Counted from the stretch's first letter, positions 26,369 through 39,584 are shown. The stretch is DNA of 64,000 bases from Patellaria atrata CBS 101060 (GCA_010093705.1 MU006092.1:1444350-1508349); one strand, 5' to 3'. The notes: generated from the letters alone by a model not told the origin. Translations and numbers: made by a program.

Positions 26369-26648
26369 TCTTTCTCTTCCTCTTTCTCTTTCCCCAGTCT
26401 AGCCCCAGGTTTTCATGACTATTGGTAGCTTCCTCCAGAGCATTATCCTGACTCGCATAATGCAATCCGGGAAAAAGCGAGTGCTGTTGTACTGCCTTAT
26501 CTTATAGGTAATTTTTCAACTCTAGTGGCAGGAATATAAGGTATCGAACCTGCCTCCAACATGGAACTCTACAATACTCTTATATCTCTGTCCTGTAATA
26601 CTCTCTCCTATCACTTCCCTTGTCCCACTCCCCCCCTCATTCCACACT

Positions 26649-28654
26649 ATGGCAGACTTCATAGTTCCTTCAGCTAGCAAATCAGAAACAGACGCCGATA
26701 AGAGGCTTCGTGGCCCAATTCACGCGGAGAGACATGTGCGAGTTGTAGTTGTGGGAGCTGGTGCTTCCGGGTTGCTTATGGCCTACAAGCTCCAGAGACA
26801 CTTTGACAACTACAGCGTCACTGTTTACGAGAAGAACAAGGAGGTTTCGGGAACGTGGTTTGAGAATAAATATCCGGGGTAAGTCAATTTGGAGTTCTGT
26901 ATTTCGTAAGCTAGATGTTCGGAAATAGAAAGCCTTAAGACAGGCTATTATCACCATACCCAGTACTGTACCCCTTAGTCATACGTTGATAACGAACAAT
27001 TAATTCAATATTCCAGAATGGATTTAATCTTTGGCTAACATGGGTTGATATAGCTGCGCTTGCGACGTGCCATCGCATAACTACACTTGGTCATTCGAAC
27101 CAAAGTTGGACTGGTCCGCCGTGTACGCAGGGAGCAAGGAAATCTTCAATTACTTTGATAGTTTTGCTGAGAAGTATCATCTCAAGCAATACGTGAAGAC
27201 TGAGCATCAGGTTTCTGGCTGCTATTGGAATAAGGAGAAAGGCGGCTACGATGTCAAAGTCAGAGATTTGCAGAGAGGGGTTGATATCACAGATCACTGC
27301 GATATTTTGATCAATGCAGGTGGTATCCTAAACAACTGGAGATGGCCCGCTATTCCTGGACTTCATGACTATAAGGGCACTCTTCTGCATACAGCGAATT
27401 GGGATAACAATGTTAAGTTGGAGGGGAAGCACATCGGTCTCATTGGCAACGGGTAAGTTGAGTCATTCCCATTTTTCAGTCAACCATGCTGATAAGATAT
27501 ACAGGTCATCTGGTATCCAAGTACTCCCAACCATCCAACCAATAGTCGAGAAAGTAACTACTTTCATCCGCGAACCAACTTGGGTATCACCAGTCCAAGG
27601 ACTCGAGCAACATGTCTTTACCGACAAGGAGCGTCTCGAATTCGCCCAAAAGCCCGGCACGCTAACCCAATACCGCAAAGAAGTCGAAACTGGTCTCAAC
27701 GGCCAGTTCGCCATCTTCCTCAAGGACACCAAGACCAACAACGAAACACACGACTACATGGAAGGCCAGATGAAGGGAAAGCTGAAGAACTCCTACCTAG
27801 AAGAACGCCTGATCCCCGAATGGCATGTTGGCTGCCGTCGCCTCACTCCCGGGGTCGGCTACCTCGAAGCTCTCGGTAAGGAGAATGTGAACGTGGTGTA
27901 CGGCGAAATCGAGCGCATCACCGAGAGTGGCTGCGTTTGCGACAATGGTCAGGAATACCCCATCGACGTCCTCATCTGTGCGACAGGGTTTGACACCTCC
28001 TTCCGTCCCCGCTTCCCCGTCATCGGGCCTGATGGCACAAACCTCCAGGACCAGTGGCAGCAAGACCCGGAATCCTATTTCGGTATCGCCGCGGCCAATT
28101 TCCCCAACTACCTCATTTTCCTCGGCCCGAACTGTCCCATCGGCAATGGACCGGTGTTGAGCGCGATAGAGTGCCAGGCGGATTACATGTGCAAGCTCAT
28201 CGACCGCTATCAGACTCACAATATCACGACCTTCGCTCCGAGGCAGGACGCAATCAAAGACTTCATCGCGCACAAGGATTGGTTCATGCGGAAGACCGTG
28301 TGGGCGGATCCATGTCGGTCGTGGTATAAGTTGCGTCCCGACGGGCCCGTCACTGCGCTCTGGCCTGGATCAACGTTGCATTATATCGAGGCGTTGATGG
28401 AGGTTAGGCTGGAGGATTGGGAGGTCAAGTACGCGGGGAACAGGTTCGCGTGGTTGGGGAATGGATACTCTCAGACGGAGCTGGATGATACGGCGGATTG
28501 GGCGTATTATATCAGGGAGCAGGACGATGATGAGCCGTTGAGTAGGGGTAGGAGGAGGAAGTTGTTGACGAAGAGTGGGACCATGACGCCGATTAAGGGG
28601 ATTAATTTTAGTGGTAAGGATTCTGTGGAGAAGCAGGTGCAGGCGAAGATCTGA
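26649..28654 (+). CDS. Baeyer-Villiger-type flavin monooxygenase (StcW/MoxY-like), 3 exons, ends AKI
   Basis: GAGASG, GTWFENKYPG|CACDVPSHNY, fingerprint YKGTLLHTANWD, second Rossmann GNG|SSG, CATGFD. Introns approximately 26879-27052 and 27453-27503. Confidence 0.93.
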
Positions 28655-29554
28655 TGGGATGAAGGGTAAGTGGAGATTGGTAGGTGGAAAAATAACGGCG
28701 TTATTTGTATATATCTTTGTTACGTAGGTTGCATTGTGGGTTGTGATGGATTTTGATATCAGTTGTCTATATTTCGTTTTTTAAGGCCTAGTTCTGGTTT
28801 CTCCTAAATTGAGAATATATAACAGACAGTGTACAGTTTCTTTCTCTGGTTGCTCATCAACCCATCTCGTCTCTTACCTGGAGATATGGATATCAAGAAA
28901 GAGGTAGAGTACAGTTTCGCAGAACCATAGCAACCGATTCCCACCGCCAAAAAAAGTCCCACTAACCCCTATCACAAATATTACTAAAGCGTACCTTAGA
29001 ATCCATACAACAACCTAAATATGTTTGACGATAGCACAATCATTCGCCAAATTGCCCAGCGACTCATACATCTAACCCCGAACTTTAGACCTGACTCGAA
29101 TCGAACAATATTTTATCTCCATTACAGCCGACCCCGAACCCCACGTTCTGGAATCCCGGGGTCGGGGATGGGCGGAAAAGGTGTCCTTGAGCTATGTACT
29201 TTGCGGAGGTAGGGGAAGAGGGGGGCGAGTCATGGAGCTGTGGAGTAACTTTCCCCACAACGTGGTCTACCTTAGCTGTGGGATATCTTGGAACGAGAGA
29301 GACTGACCGGTTCCTGGAGAGTTGAGGGGGGATGTAAACACCAAGGTAAACAGAAATGAAGTAAGAGACGGCGGGGGAGTTATGTACATTCATATCTGTC
29401 TCTCTTTTCTGGTCAATTTCTGTCTCAATCCCTTTGTTTTCCACGGATTGATATCGCAACCTCCACCCCTCCCTCCAAAAAAAGGTATCCGTAGAGAGTA
29501 GAAAGAGCTTTGAATCAGATAAACATAAACTGTAAGAAGTAAGAATCAAATAAC

Positions 29555-30695
29555 ATGGCACGCGCCCTCCTCAGAGGCACCGCCTTCATCACGGGCGCTG
29601 GTTCAGGTATGCTATGCTCACCCTTCGCCATTCCCACCTTTCACCCTACGCCTGAAATACTGCCCTATACTGTACCCCATCACTAAACCCCCCCTGATAC
29701 CCCCCACAGGAATCGGCCAACACACCGCCTACGCCCTCGCAACCCACGGTATCTCCCGCCTCGCCCTCGCTGACATCTCCACGCCCTCTCTCCGCACCAC
29801 AATCTCCGCCCTGCAGCACGAGCACCCGGACATCGAAGTGCTGCCGCTCCAAATGAACGTCGCGAGCGAAGAGGATGTGAAGAGGGGTATTAGGGAGACG
29901 ATGAAAAGGTTTGGGAGATTGGACTGCGCGATCAACAATGCGGGGATCGGGGGCAGGTTGGCGCCGAGCACGGAGGTCGAGAGGGCGGAGTGGGAGAGCG
30001 TTATGAGTGTCAATTTGATGGGGTGCTGGTTGTGTTTGAGGGAGGAGGTGGCGGTTATGAGGGGGCAGGAGTGAGTCTTGGGGATTTTATTTTTTCGGGG
30101 GTGGATGTGAGGGATGAGGTGGAGGAAACGGGGAAAGGGAAGGGGAGAAAGGAAGGAGAGAGAACGACACGGCTGACCTTTGTTTGACAAACAGGATCCT
30201 CGACCCTCGCGAAGGACGCGGCGTCATCGTCAACGTGGCTAGCATGCTCGGCCTGCGCGCTTCGACGCCCAACACGCCCGCCACCGCGTATACAGCTAGC
30301 AAGCACGGTGTTATGGGATTGACGAAGACAGTGAGTTTTTTTTCCCTCTTTTCCTCTCCCTCCTCATCAGTCTCCCACCCCCCTCTTCTGTCCCTTCGAC
30401 ATCCCCTTACCCCTTTCACACCATATCCACCCCCTCTAACCCCTCCCCCCAGGACGCCCTCCAATACGCCCCCCTGCACATCCGCATCAACGCCATTTGC
30501 CCGGGCTACGTCGCCACGCCTTTACTCAAGGCGTCGGCCAGCAGCGAAGCTATGGCGAGAGAGATCGACCGTGTTCCGATGAAGAGACTTGGGGAAATGG
30601 AAGAGATTGCCGATGCGGTTGTGTTTTTGTGTTCGCGCATGTCGAGTTTTATGACGGGTACGGGATTGGTGGTTGATGGGGGGTGGACTGCGTGA
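29555..30695 (+). CDS. Classical short-chain dehydrogenase/reductase, 4 exons
   Basis: TGAGSG|IG, NNAGI, VNVAS, YTASKHG, INAICPGYVAT, VDGGWTA*. Introns 29607-29709, 30071-30194, 30331-30452. Confidence 0.9.
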
Positions 30696-31246
30696 GGTTG
30701 GACAGCGTAAGAGGTTGGATGGGGAGCGGTGGAGGGCGAGGGGAAGAGAGTGGGAATGGGCTAAAATGTACACATTCCTCATAAAGAATAAGACTGGTGT
30801 CTTTTTTTTTTTTTTGAAGAATAGAAAAGAAATAAACTCTACAATTGGTGTAGAAAGAAACAAACTAAGTGTATGCGTGCGTATGAATGATTTTACTATA
30901 CGAACCCTGTATCAGAAGACCGGGCGTGAGCTTTGCAAAAAGGGGCGGAAATCTGACAAAAGGGGCGTTTGTACGCGCTGATAGTGGAAAATATTATGAC
31001 AGCGATATGGTTTAGATAGTATTAGACAATAGGATAATAAAGAAATATGCATATCTTAGTCCTTTGGATATGTATACTTCAGTATATACAGTACAGCAAC
31101 GGTAGAAAAACCTACATTGTAGAACTAGACAAATGAGGAGAAAGCTGTCAAAACGCGTGGATAGTTAGTAATATGATGTGATATACTACACTCCCTTCGT
31201 ACTTAAAACACCCCAATAACGTATATCCAGAAATCGATAGTTAGGA

Positions 31247-34200
31247 TCATTCCTGCTGTTTCCGCTTCCCGAGTCTCAAGTTCTCTTTCCAAAAACAACA
31301 GATGCTATTCTCCTCGCACCACTTCTGCACCATCCAGCCCTGGACATTCAATTCGATTTCTTCCATCTCCTCCTCTCCATTCACCCAATCTCCCTCGCTG
31401 CCTTCCTCATCTACCTTCTTCCCCTTCCCCTTTCCATTTCCCATCTTCTTCTTGGTCTTCTTCTTCTTGACCTGCATCTTCACCTTAATCCCCTTACCAA
31501 CTAACCACCCCGTAAGTTCCTCCACAACAATAGGATCAAAAACCAGCATCCGCTCCCACCAACTCCATCCCCTCCCCTCCTTACTCCCCTCCCCGCTACT
31601 CCTCGGCTCCCCCTTCACCGTCCTCGTTATAAGCGGGAACAGCGTCCCCTTTATAGTATCCCAACACGCCTTTGCAGCGGCAGTAGCCGCGCCATTAGCC
31701 CTCCTTGACGCAGGCGCACCGGTCACTAATTCGAGCGTGGGCTCTGATGAAGCGGTGCCACGCTTACGCCGAGGAGGGGGAGAGGGCGTGGCTTCATCTT
31801 GCGAGTCCTCGATCTCGTCGATATGCTTCCAGCCCTCTGCATCAACGTCCCCGGGATCTTTGATCTTGAGTTTGCGTGGTATGAAGGATTTTGCGCTCGT
31901 GGCGCGTTTTCTGGGTTTAGGCGGCGCATTTGGTTCTTTAGGGGGACGGCCGCGGCGTTTTGCGGGGATAGATTGGGATTCTGCACCGGGAGCCTCGGAA
32001 ACGATTAAAGAGGAAGGAGCGGGAAGCAGGCCTTGGGGTAGAGTGGACATTTTGCGCGAAGTTTGCGGTTTGGCGAGCTTGATGTTCGAGGGGAGACGTT
32101 GGAGCGGTAGCCGGTCAGGCACGGAGGAGTGGAGGGGGGACCGGGGATTGGAAAGGGCGTTGTCGCGTGCTAGTTTTGCCGTACGGAAGGATTCCAGAAC
32201 TGTGGAAGGCGAGATGGGAGCCTTTGGAGGTGGTATAGATGTATCTGAGTCAGACGAAATCGATAGTGTAGGAGTTCCACGGCGTTCCACATTCGCTGCA
32301 TATCGCTCTTCTGCGTAACTCTCGATGTCTATGAAACTGGCATCTTCAAGTGGTTGCTCAGGAAACCCTTCGTGCTCGGGTACACACGATTGTTCCGACA
32401 CAGTTACATCATCCACGGCAGAAGTCCCGATAGTTGTCGGTTTATCAGCAATATTCTGATCATGTACAATGTCATCATATGATTCAATATTGACAAATAC
32501 ACCCTCTTCATTTGGACTATCCAGTTGTTGTTGAGGTCGCGGTTGTACCCTTTCAGGGGCAAGCAGAGAGTCATCAAAGTCTCTGGTTGCGGCTGACCAA
32601 AGGTGCCTCTTTGCTTGTATATCGGATAGCTTTGTACTTCTTAATGTTACTTGGGCATCATCCTCTTGGGGGAAAGCAATTGACTCTGATTCTCGCATCG
32701 CTTGTTGCAAGTCTCTGAGAAATGTCGGAGATTCCCCTCCAGCCAATTGACTGGAAGTACCGAATAAGATATCTTGATCAGGAAACCTACTCACAGCAGA
32801 CTCCGGAGAGAGTAATTTCAACCTCGATTGGGCAAGTTTCTTCTTGACGGTACTCTTCTTGGTCTTCTGTCCCCTATCCGTCTCCGCTCGTTTTCTTGGT
32901 GATTTATTCCGAGCTCTTTCTTTCAGATTGGTATATTGAACTTTATCTGCCTCACCAGCACCTGCAGAGCTAGCTACAGACCGAGGGGGAAAGGATTTAC
33001 GAACCGGAGCTGGTTCTAGGGTACCTGCTTCCCCAACCGGCGTTCTGTATTGAGCGGTCACCCTATCTGTGATTGTTACAGGCTTCTTCTTCGGCGGTTT
33101 AGCTCGTTTCTCTGTTGGCCCCTCAGTCGCAGCAGATTTCTTAAGGATTTCATTAGATGCAGCTGGTGTTACCGTAGGAAGCAGCTACTGAAATTAGAAT
33201 TGACAAATTAGGGATAGACAAGGGATATTACTTCGATCTTTCTCCGTTTCGTCACCGCCTCCCCAGACGCTTCTCTTGGAAGTACTGGAGCTTCGACTGT
33301 TACATTTTGAAAGCTAAAGTCCGCTAGGACATCACCAAAACCTAGTTTTGGTGTAATTTTCTGACCGATTTCATGGCATACTTGGGTTAAGCTTGGAGAG
33401 TCATCTTCAAGAGTTTTCTGGGTATCTTTCACTGGTGTCCAATCAGTTCGCCTTCTGATCGCCTTATCCAGTTTCAAGTTCTCTACTACCACCTGCTCTC
33501 CACCGACCGTCACAGTTTGAGCGAAATGAGATGAAGTAGTACCAGTAGATTTAGATTCCTTTCTCTTGGCCTCTGATACCTCCTTTAAAGCGCTCTTTTG
33601 CTTGTTCTTAGTCTCATTGTCCTTTCCAGGTTTTGTAACTTTGCCTTTCTTCAATTTCGTTTGGGACTCATCCTTCATCTTTTTTGTTCTAAGCTTCCTC
33701 ACCTTCGCGGGCGCTTTTGGTCCATCTACCTCATCCTCTTCCTGTTTCGCTACAGCCAATGTGCTCTGCTCTTTCTCTAGAACTTTATATACCTTAGGTT
33801 TGGATGTCCTCGGCTTCCTTGGCTTCTCTTTTTTTTCTACAGGTTCCTTCTCCACCACTCTCGCCTGAGACCTTTTTGTTGCTTGCTTAATGGCTTTTTT
33901 GACACCGGAGGAAGGCTCCAGATTGTATTGTTCGTAGATGTCCACACTTAGTTGCTTTGCTTTCAGGAGGTTACAAGCACTTTCGAAGCTCACAATTGCG
34001 CCCTCGGGGATTGCTGCCGCGCGAGATCCAGTCCTCAGCCCATTGACATTGGCATTATTACTCTTGATAAGCGAAGAAAGAGACGGTAGGTCTGAGGATA
34101 TAGTGGATTGTCCACATTGCGCGCTCGGAGGTGTCGCGACGAGATCGGACGGAAGTCGAGGTGGAGAGGATGAAAGCACGACTAGCTCCATTGTAGCCAT
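31247..34200 (-). CDS. SLX4: Structure-specific endonuclease scaffold subunit Slx4, 2 exons
   Basis: AIRRRTDWTPVKDT, KKKPVTITD, QDILFGTSSQL, LWSAATRD, C-terminal SWWERMLVFDPIVVEELTGWL..VQKWCEENSICCFWK. Intron about 33185-33231. Confidence 0.9.
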
Positions 34201-34870
34201 TTGGAGCAGCCTGCGAGTCGAACATAAGTTAAGCAACAGCGTAACGGTTTAGGGGCATAGAGAAAGGGAAAAATACAGCAAACAAAGGGAGGGGAGAACC
34301 GAACAAATCGTTGTTTACATTCGCCCGCTGTTGGAACAAAGATGAACTCGCCAAGGAATCCCCGATCAAAACGCGTCTTCACGGGTTGTCGCATTGCCTA
34401 TCCTGCTCAACTTCCCCATCGAGGATTGTACACTCGCTGTACAAACGATAGCGGACCGCAAATACTAACTCTTCGGTCAATATACACGTATTGTACATAT
34501 ACTGGTGTACTATCAACTTTTACCCTCTGGGATGTTCTCATATTCTATATCGTAGTCGGATATCTTTCCCAATGATAACCGTACAAGAAGTCGGAGTGCC
34601 AATAGCAAGTAAGGATTCTCTCGAAGCCCAGTATGAAGTATCCATTGACCCAGACTCCATGGGACTCAGGATTTGAACGCTATCATCCATACTACTAATC
34701 GTTCTAAGTGAGCTGGGGAGTTACTCTCTGTCCTGTCCACCTAGCAAGACATGGACAATATTCATTAATATTCAATCTACATCCATTAACTTGAGTATTA
34801 CTGAGGTTTCCAGCCAATACTCCCATTTAATCAACTGGAATTATTTACAAGGGACACGAATAAGACGCAC

Positions 34871-37016
34871 TCAAACTCTTCCCCGTCTGAGAAAAACGTT
34901 TGGAATATCAACATACTTAGCGCGGAGGTATTCCCCAACATTCTTTCCAAGTCCATCATACGTACTCGACGCATTGTAGGATCTATCTAGATGATCATGT
35001 AGTAGGAAATGTACTGCTTTGATTCCGGGCATCTCAAAACGATCAACGTCCTTCCCGTTGTACTCGGGACCAAGCAGCTGCTTGATTTTCGGGATCGTCA
35101 AGAGTGACTTCAGCCATTCATACTCATCGTCTCGTCGGACGAAGAAACCGACATTAGCATCAGATGCTAAAAGAGTCAGCACATGGAGAAACCAGAGATG
35201 CAAAGGACCACTTACCCTTATCACCAGAACGGCATAGTATAACCCAACCCAAAGGTCCCCTTGTTGTTGGTCCAAAACTCTTGAGGTCAACCGGATTTTG
35301 AGTCTCGTAGGACCACTGCCTAGGCTCGTACAGCTTGACACTCGGCGATGGTGGAACAGAGACCGTCTGGTTCGACCAGAGGAAGTTCACCTTGTGCTCT
35401 ATCTCCGACTGTGGAATCAAAGCTGCCCAGTACTCAAAGAACTCTTTCCCTGATGACTGACGGATGTCGTTCTCAATTGTTGCACCAGGACAGCTCTGAA
35501 GGAAATTTTCGATACACCATCTGTTTAGTCCGGGAGTCGCGTTATCTTTGGGTGCAACCAGGGATTGGTCCTTCGTCTGTGCGAATATTCTGAAGTCGAC
35601 AGTTGCGTAATCTTGATTCTCTGGATCCGGTTGGCTGTAGCCATTGACCGTAAAGTTAAGGACCGAAAATTTCTTTGCGTTTTCGCCCATAGATTTTAGA
35701 ATTTGTCTCTTAGTCCATTCTGCCTTTTGCTCGATATCTAGTCCGCTGTTGTGTTTGTTAGCTCTCTTCAAATTTTCTATGCATCCATCATTTGCTTACC
35801 AAAGATAGTAGTGGAATTCTGAAAGTCAATATGTTAGTTGTGTTGTCTGACTCTCCTTGGCATAGTAAACTTACCAGCTTGCCATCCCCCTTTAGCTGTT
35901 AAGCCGACTTTTGTCGTCGTTGGCGGTGGATTTCCTTTCACACCTGTAACAAGAACCTGATCTTTTCCTTCTTGAGTCATCTTCAGACCTTCAATATTTG
36001 CTACCACATCAGAGCCATAGTACAGAGGTCCCTGTATCTCGTAGAGCAATTGCGAAGCAACAGTACCGACGGAGATCTGTTCAATTAGTCCCATCATACC
36101 ACTCCAGACTACTTGAAAGACTTACCTCTCCACCAGTCCCAGGCTCCTTCTCCATCTTACAAGTGCCATCGCCGTATACTTCCGCAATTGGAAATCCAAG
36201 GTTTTCGCAACCATCGAACAACTCTTTAAACCCACTATAATACCCCCCACAAGCGTAACTAGAACACTCGATCAGATGCCCGGCCATCAATGCTCCAGCT
36301 ACCTGGTCATAATCACTATGCCTATCCCACCCATGCCACCACATGGCTGCGCCAACTGTTGGTGCTGCATCTGCAACGCGTCCACAGATTACGATATCAG
36401 CACCATGCTTGAACGCTTCTGCAATACCTGCGCCTCCTAGATAGCACTGTGCGGCTACAGGCTCGAAGCCCCAATTTTTGAGCTCCCCGCCAAAGCAGAT
36501 GTTTTCAAATTTCTCACCCTGCTTAAGGAGCTTATTGACGATATGAAGCACATCATCCCCCTCAATCCACGCAACCTTTAAATCATAACCCTCGCTCGCA
36601 ACCGTTTCTGCAATCTTCTTCGCTAACATTTCCGTATCGCTCGCCCCCGCGTTAACTGCCACCTTGATTCCCTTTTTGCTAATATTCGGCAGCGCCGGGA
36701 CAAAACTCCCCATGAAACTCGGGTCGTAGAGGCCCACTCTTTCCCCGCTATCTCCTTTCTTCGCGATCTCGGCTTTTGCGGCCCCTTGCCAGGACATCGT
36801 GCACTCGCTCATCCAATCCCCGACGATCACGTCGACGTCAAGTTTTGCGAGGTCGGCCATTGCGCGCTGTCGATCTGTGAAACCACCTGAAGCACCCGCG
36901 ATGCGGATGCCCCGTTTTGCCTCGCCGTTGGCGGCGGTGCGAGAACGTTTCGCGGTGCCGTTAGAGCCATTGGAAGTTCCATTGGTTGCCACTGCGGTTG
37001 CTGAACGTTTGGTCAT
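34871..37016 (-). CDS. Acyclic terpene utilisation AtuA family (DUF1446) protein with C-terminal SGDK domain, 5 exons including a 19-nt micro-exon
   Basis: IRIAGASGGFTDR, GDWMSE, GADIVICGRVADA, GHLIECS, QLLYEIQGPLY, RSGDK|ASDANVGFFVR, DGLGKNVGEYLRA. Confidence 0.92.
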
Positions 37017-38032
37017 AGTGGGAGGTGGGAGTACGAGAGTCTAGGGTTCGGGTAGGAAAGAGAGGATTGTAATTGAGAGAAGGGAACGAAGGGGAAGAAA
37101 AAAAGGGAGTGGTGATCAAAGAGTGAGAGCTGCAGTAGCTATGACAGCTTTACTTCAAACTTTTAGGTCCTACAGTAATTCATAAGGAAATATGGCTAAT
37201 CGGCTTGAACTGTCACAGGAGCAGAGCTACAAGGTCTCAGGACCTGATACCAAGAATTACGAGGTTCTAGATGAAATTCACGGACTTCTGACATGACACT
37301 CCAAATTCCACTACAACACACTTTCATGACAAAGCGTCTTTTCTGCAATAGACAACCGACAACACAGGGTCCGCGCGTCCTGATATCCAAACCTTTGCCG
37401 CGCGAGTCATAGTCAGGACCTCTCCGGCTTTATTCCGATTCAAGGTGTTCTGGACGTGGAGTTTGCGGAGATATGATAGCGGGGTGGACCTGTAGTGGAT
37501 GATGTTTTCCGGTGTGGAGTAGGAACAGCAACTGGACAAACTAGACTAAGGAAACGCTAATTTCGAAATGGAAAGAAAACAAATCTGTATTAAATGGAAA
37601 TGTAATGAGATCAAAGATTATAGTAATCGTCATCGCAGAGAGATAGTAGGGGTGATGTTCTAACTCCTTGAAGAACGTATAAAATAGCGAGATTATACTT
37701 CTCTGGGGTGGCGAATATCACGTTGAGGAGTTCGGATATGAACGCATGACAACTTCTATTATGACTTGTAGAAATCTCACTATTCGATGATAGGGTCTAC
37801 AGTAAGTACTCTTTTCATGAGGAAACCATTTAATCGACCATATGGATATGTGTGTTCTAGATATGCGCAGGCGTAGTCTCTATTCATATATGAGTTGTTA
37901 CATTAGTACCGCCGACTCGGAGGACTCTTCAAGAGCAGATGTATAATAAACTAGTAATGCTACCTTAAGTTAAAGGCACAGGTGAAAAATACATTCATAA
38001 ACGCCCAACTATATGCAAACCCTCCAAACCAC

Positions 38033-39470
38033 CTACAACAAATGTACCGGATCCCCCCTGATATACTCCGGCTCAACCCCCCATTTCGGTCCCAACTCCT
38101 CAAACCTATTCTGATACCGCTCATGACGTTCCTTGAACCCCTTCGCCGTCTTGATCTGATCCCTCCCCACCTGATGCCTATGCGCCGCATCGGGCCCATC
38201 CGCCACCCGCACAAATCTCGCATAAGTCCACAGCTCCGGCAACGGGGTGTGTTGCGTCAAACCCTGGCCGCCGAACATTTGCATGCACTCATCAATGATC
38301 TTCGCGGCGGCGAGCGGGACCATGATCTTGGACTGTGCGATCGCGTACCTGCCGGCCTTGTTCCCGAACTGGTCCATCGTGTCGGCCGCGTTCATGGTCA
38401 CGAGCCGCATCGCGTCGAGCTCCATGCGCATGTCGGCGATGCGCTCGATGTTGGAGTCAAAGTCGGCGATGCGCTTGCCACGTGGCTTCTTCCTCTCGTC
38501 AATCGCGCGGATCAGCGCCAGCTCGTAAGCTCGCTCCGATTGTCCCAGGAGACGCATGCAGTGGTGGATTCGACCGGGGCCGAGACGGCCTTGGGCGATT
38601 TCGAAGGCCCGTCCTTCGCCTAGGATGATGTTCTCGGCGGGGATTCGAACGTTCTCGTACACGTACTCGCCGTGGCCTTCGGGCGCCCAGTCCATGTTCA
38701 TGATCGTCAGGTTTCGAACCATCTTCAGCCCCGGGGTGTCCTTTGGCACGATGACTGTCGTGTGGCGGGCCCAGGGGTTCGGGTTCTCGGGGTCGGAGCA
38801 CCCCATCAGGATGTAGAATCCGAGATCCTCATTCCAGGCGGCGTTGCCGTAGAGCTTGCGGCCGTTGATGACGAGCGTGTCGCCGTCGCGCGTGATGCGG
38901 CAGTTTATGTTGGTTGCGTCGGAGGAGGCGACGTCCGGCTCCGTCATGGAGTAGGCGCTGGATGTCTCGCCGTCGAGGAGCGGTTGTAACCACTTCTTCT
39001 TTTGCGCTTCATTACAGAATTTGGCGAGGAGTTCGATGTTGCCTGTTTCGGGGGCGTGGCAGTTCATTGTCTGTTTTGATATTAGTCCTAATTCTTAGTA
39101 TATGGGGGACCAGAAATGAAGGGGGGGTTACCATTGGAGCCCAGTAACATCTTCCCATGATCTCAGCACAGCATGCATATTCGAGATTTGTGAGGCCGGG
39201 AGACTCCTTGAAGGTCCTAGGAAGGAAGAGATTGAATAGCCCCTGAGCCTTTGCCCTTTTCCTGAGCTCTTTGATATATGGGGGTGTTCTCCATTTCTTT
39301 GCAGCTACTTGGGCCTTTACGATGGGCTCGGCGGGTATACATTCATTCTCGACCCAGTCATAAACCTTTTTGATGGTTTCAATGGCTTTAGGTGAGCATT
39401 TTGCTAATACCCATGGGGGAATACGGGCGAGTCCTGGGTGATTGTCCTGGTTCAACAATGTCGGAGCCAT
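38033..39470 (-). CDS. Acyl-CoA dehydrogenase of the ACAD10/11 (IBR3/FadE2/LvaC-like) type, stand-alone, 2 exons
   Basis: GLFNLFLP, GLTNLEY, MNCHAPETGNIELL, MTEPDVASSDATNI, FEIAQGRLGPGRIHHCMR, RVADGPD. Confidence 0.93.
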
Positions 39471-39584
39471 TCTTGTGTGATTCTATAATTTGATGAATGA
39501 TGAGAGATTTTCAATTGAGTCTCAGAAAGAGACACTTTTACACGTCTATCCAAATTGTTCTCCATTTTGTGTACAAGCTCCAGT

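Noticed and set aside
31302..32318. 338-aa plus-strand ORF
   Set aside because: Antisense shadow of the SLX4 exon. Its F/S/P-rich content mirrors K/E/G codons on the real strand.
37982..38989. Several overlapping plus-strand ORFs (up to 213 aa)
   Set aside because: Antisense to the GC3-rich ACAD exon, which depletes stops on the opposite strand. The same applies to shadow ORFs over the P450, ALDH and BVMO.
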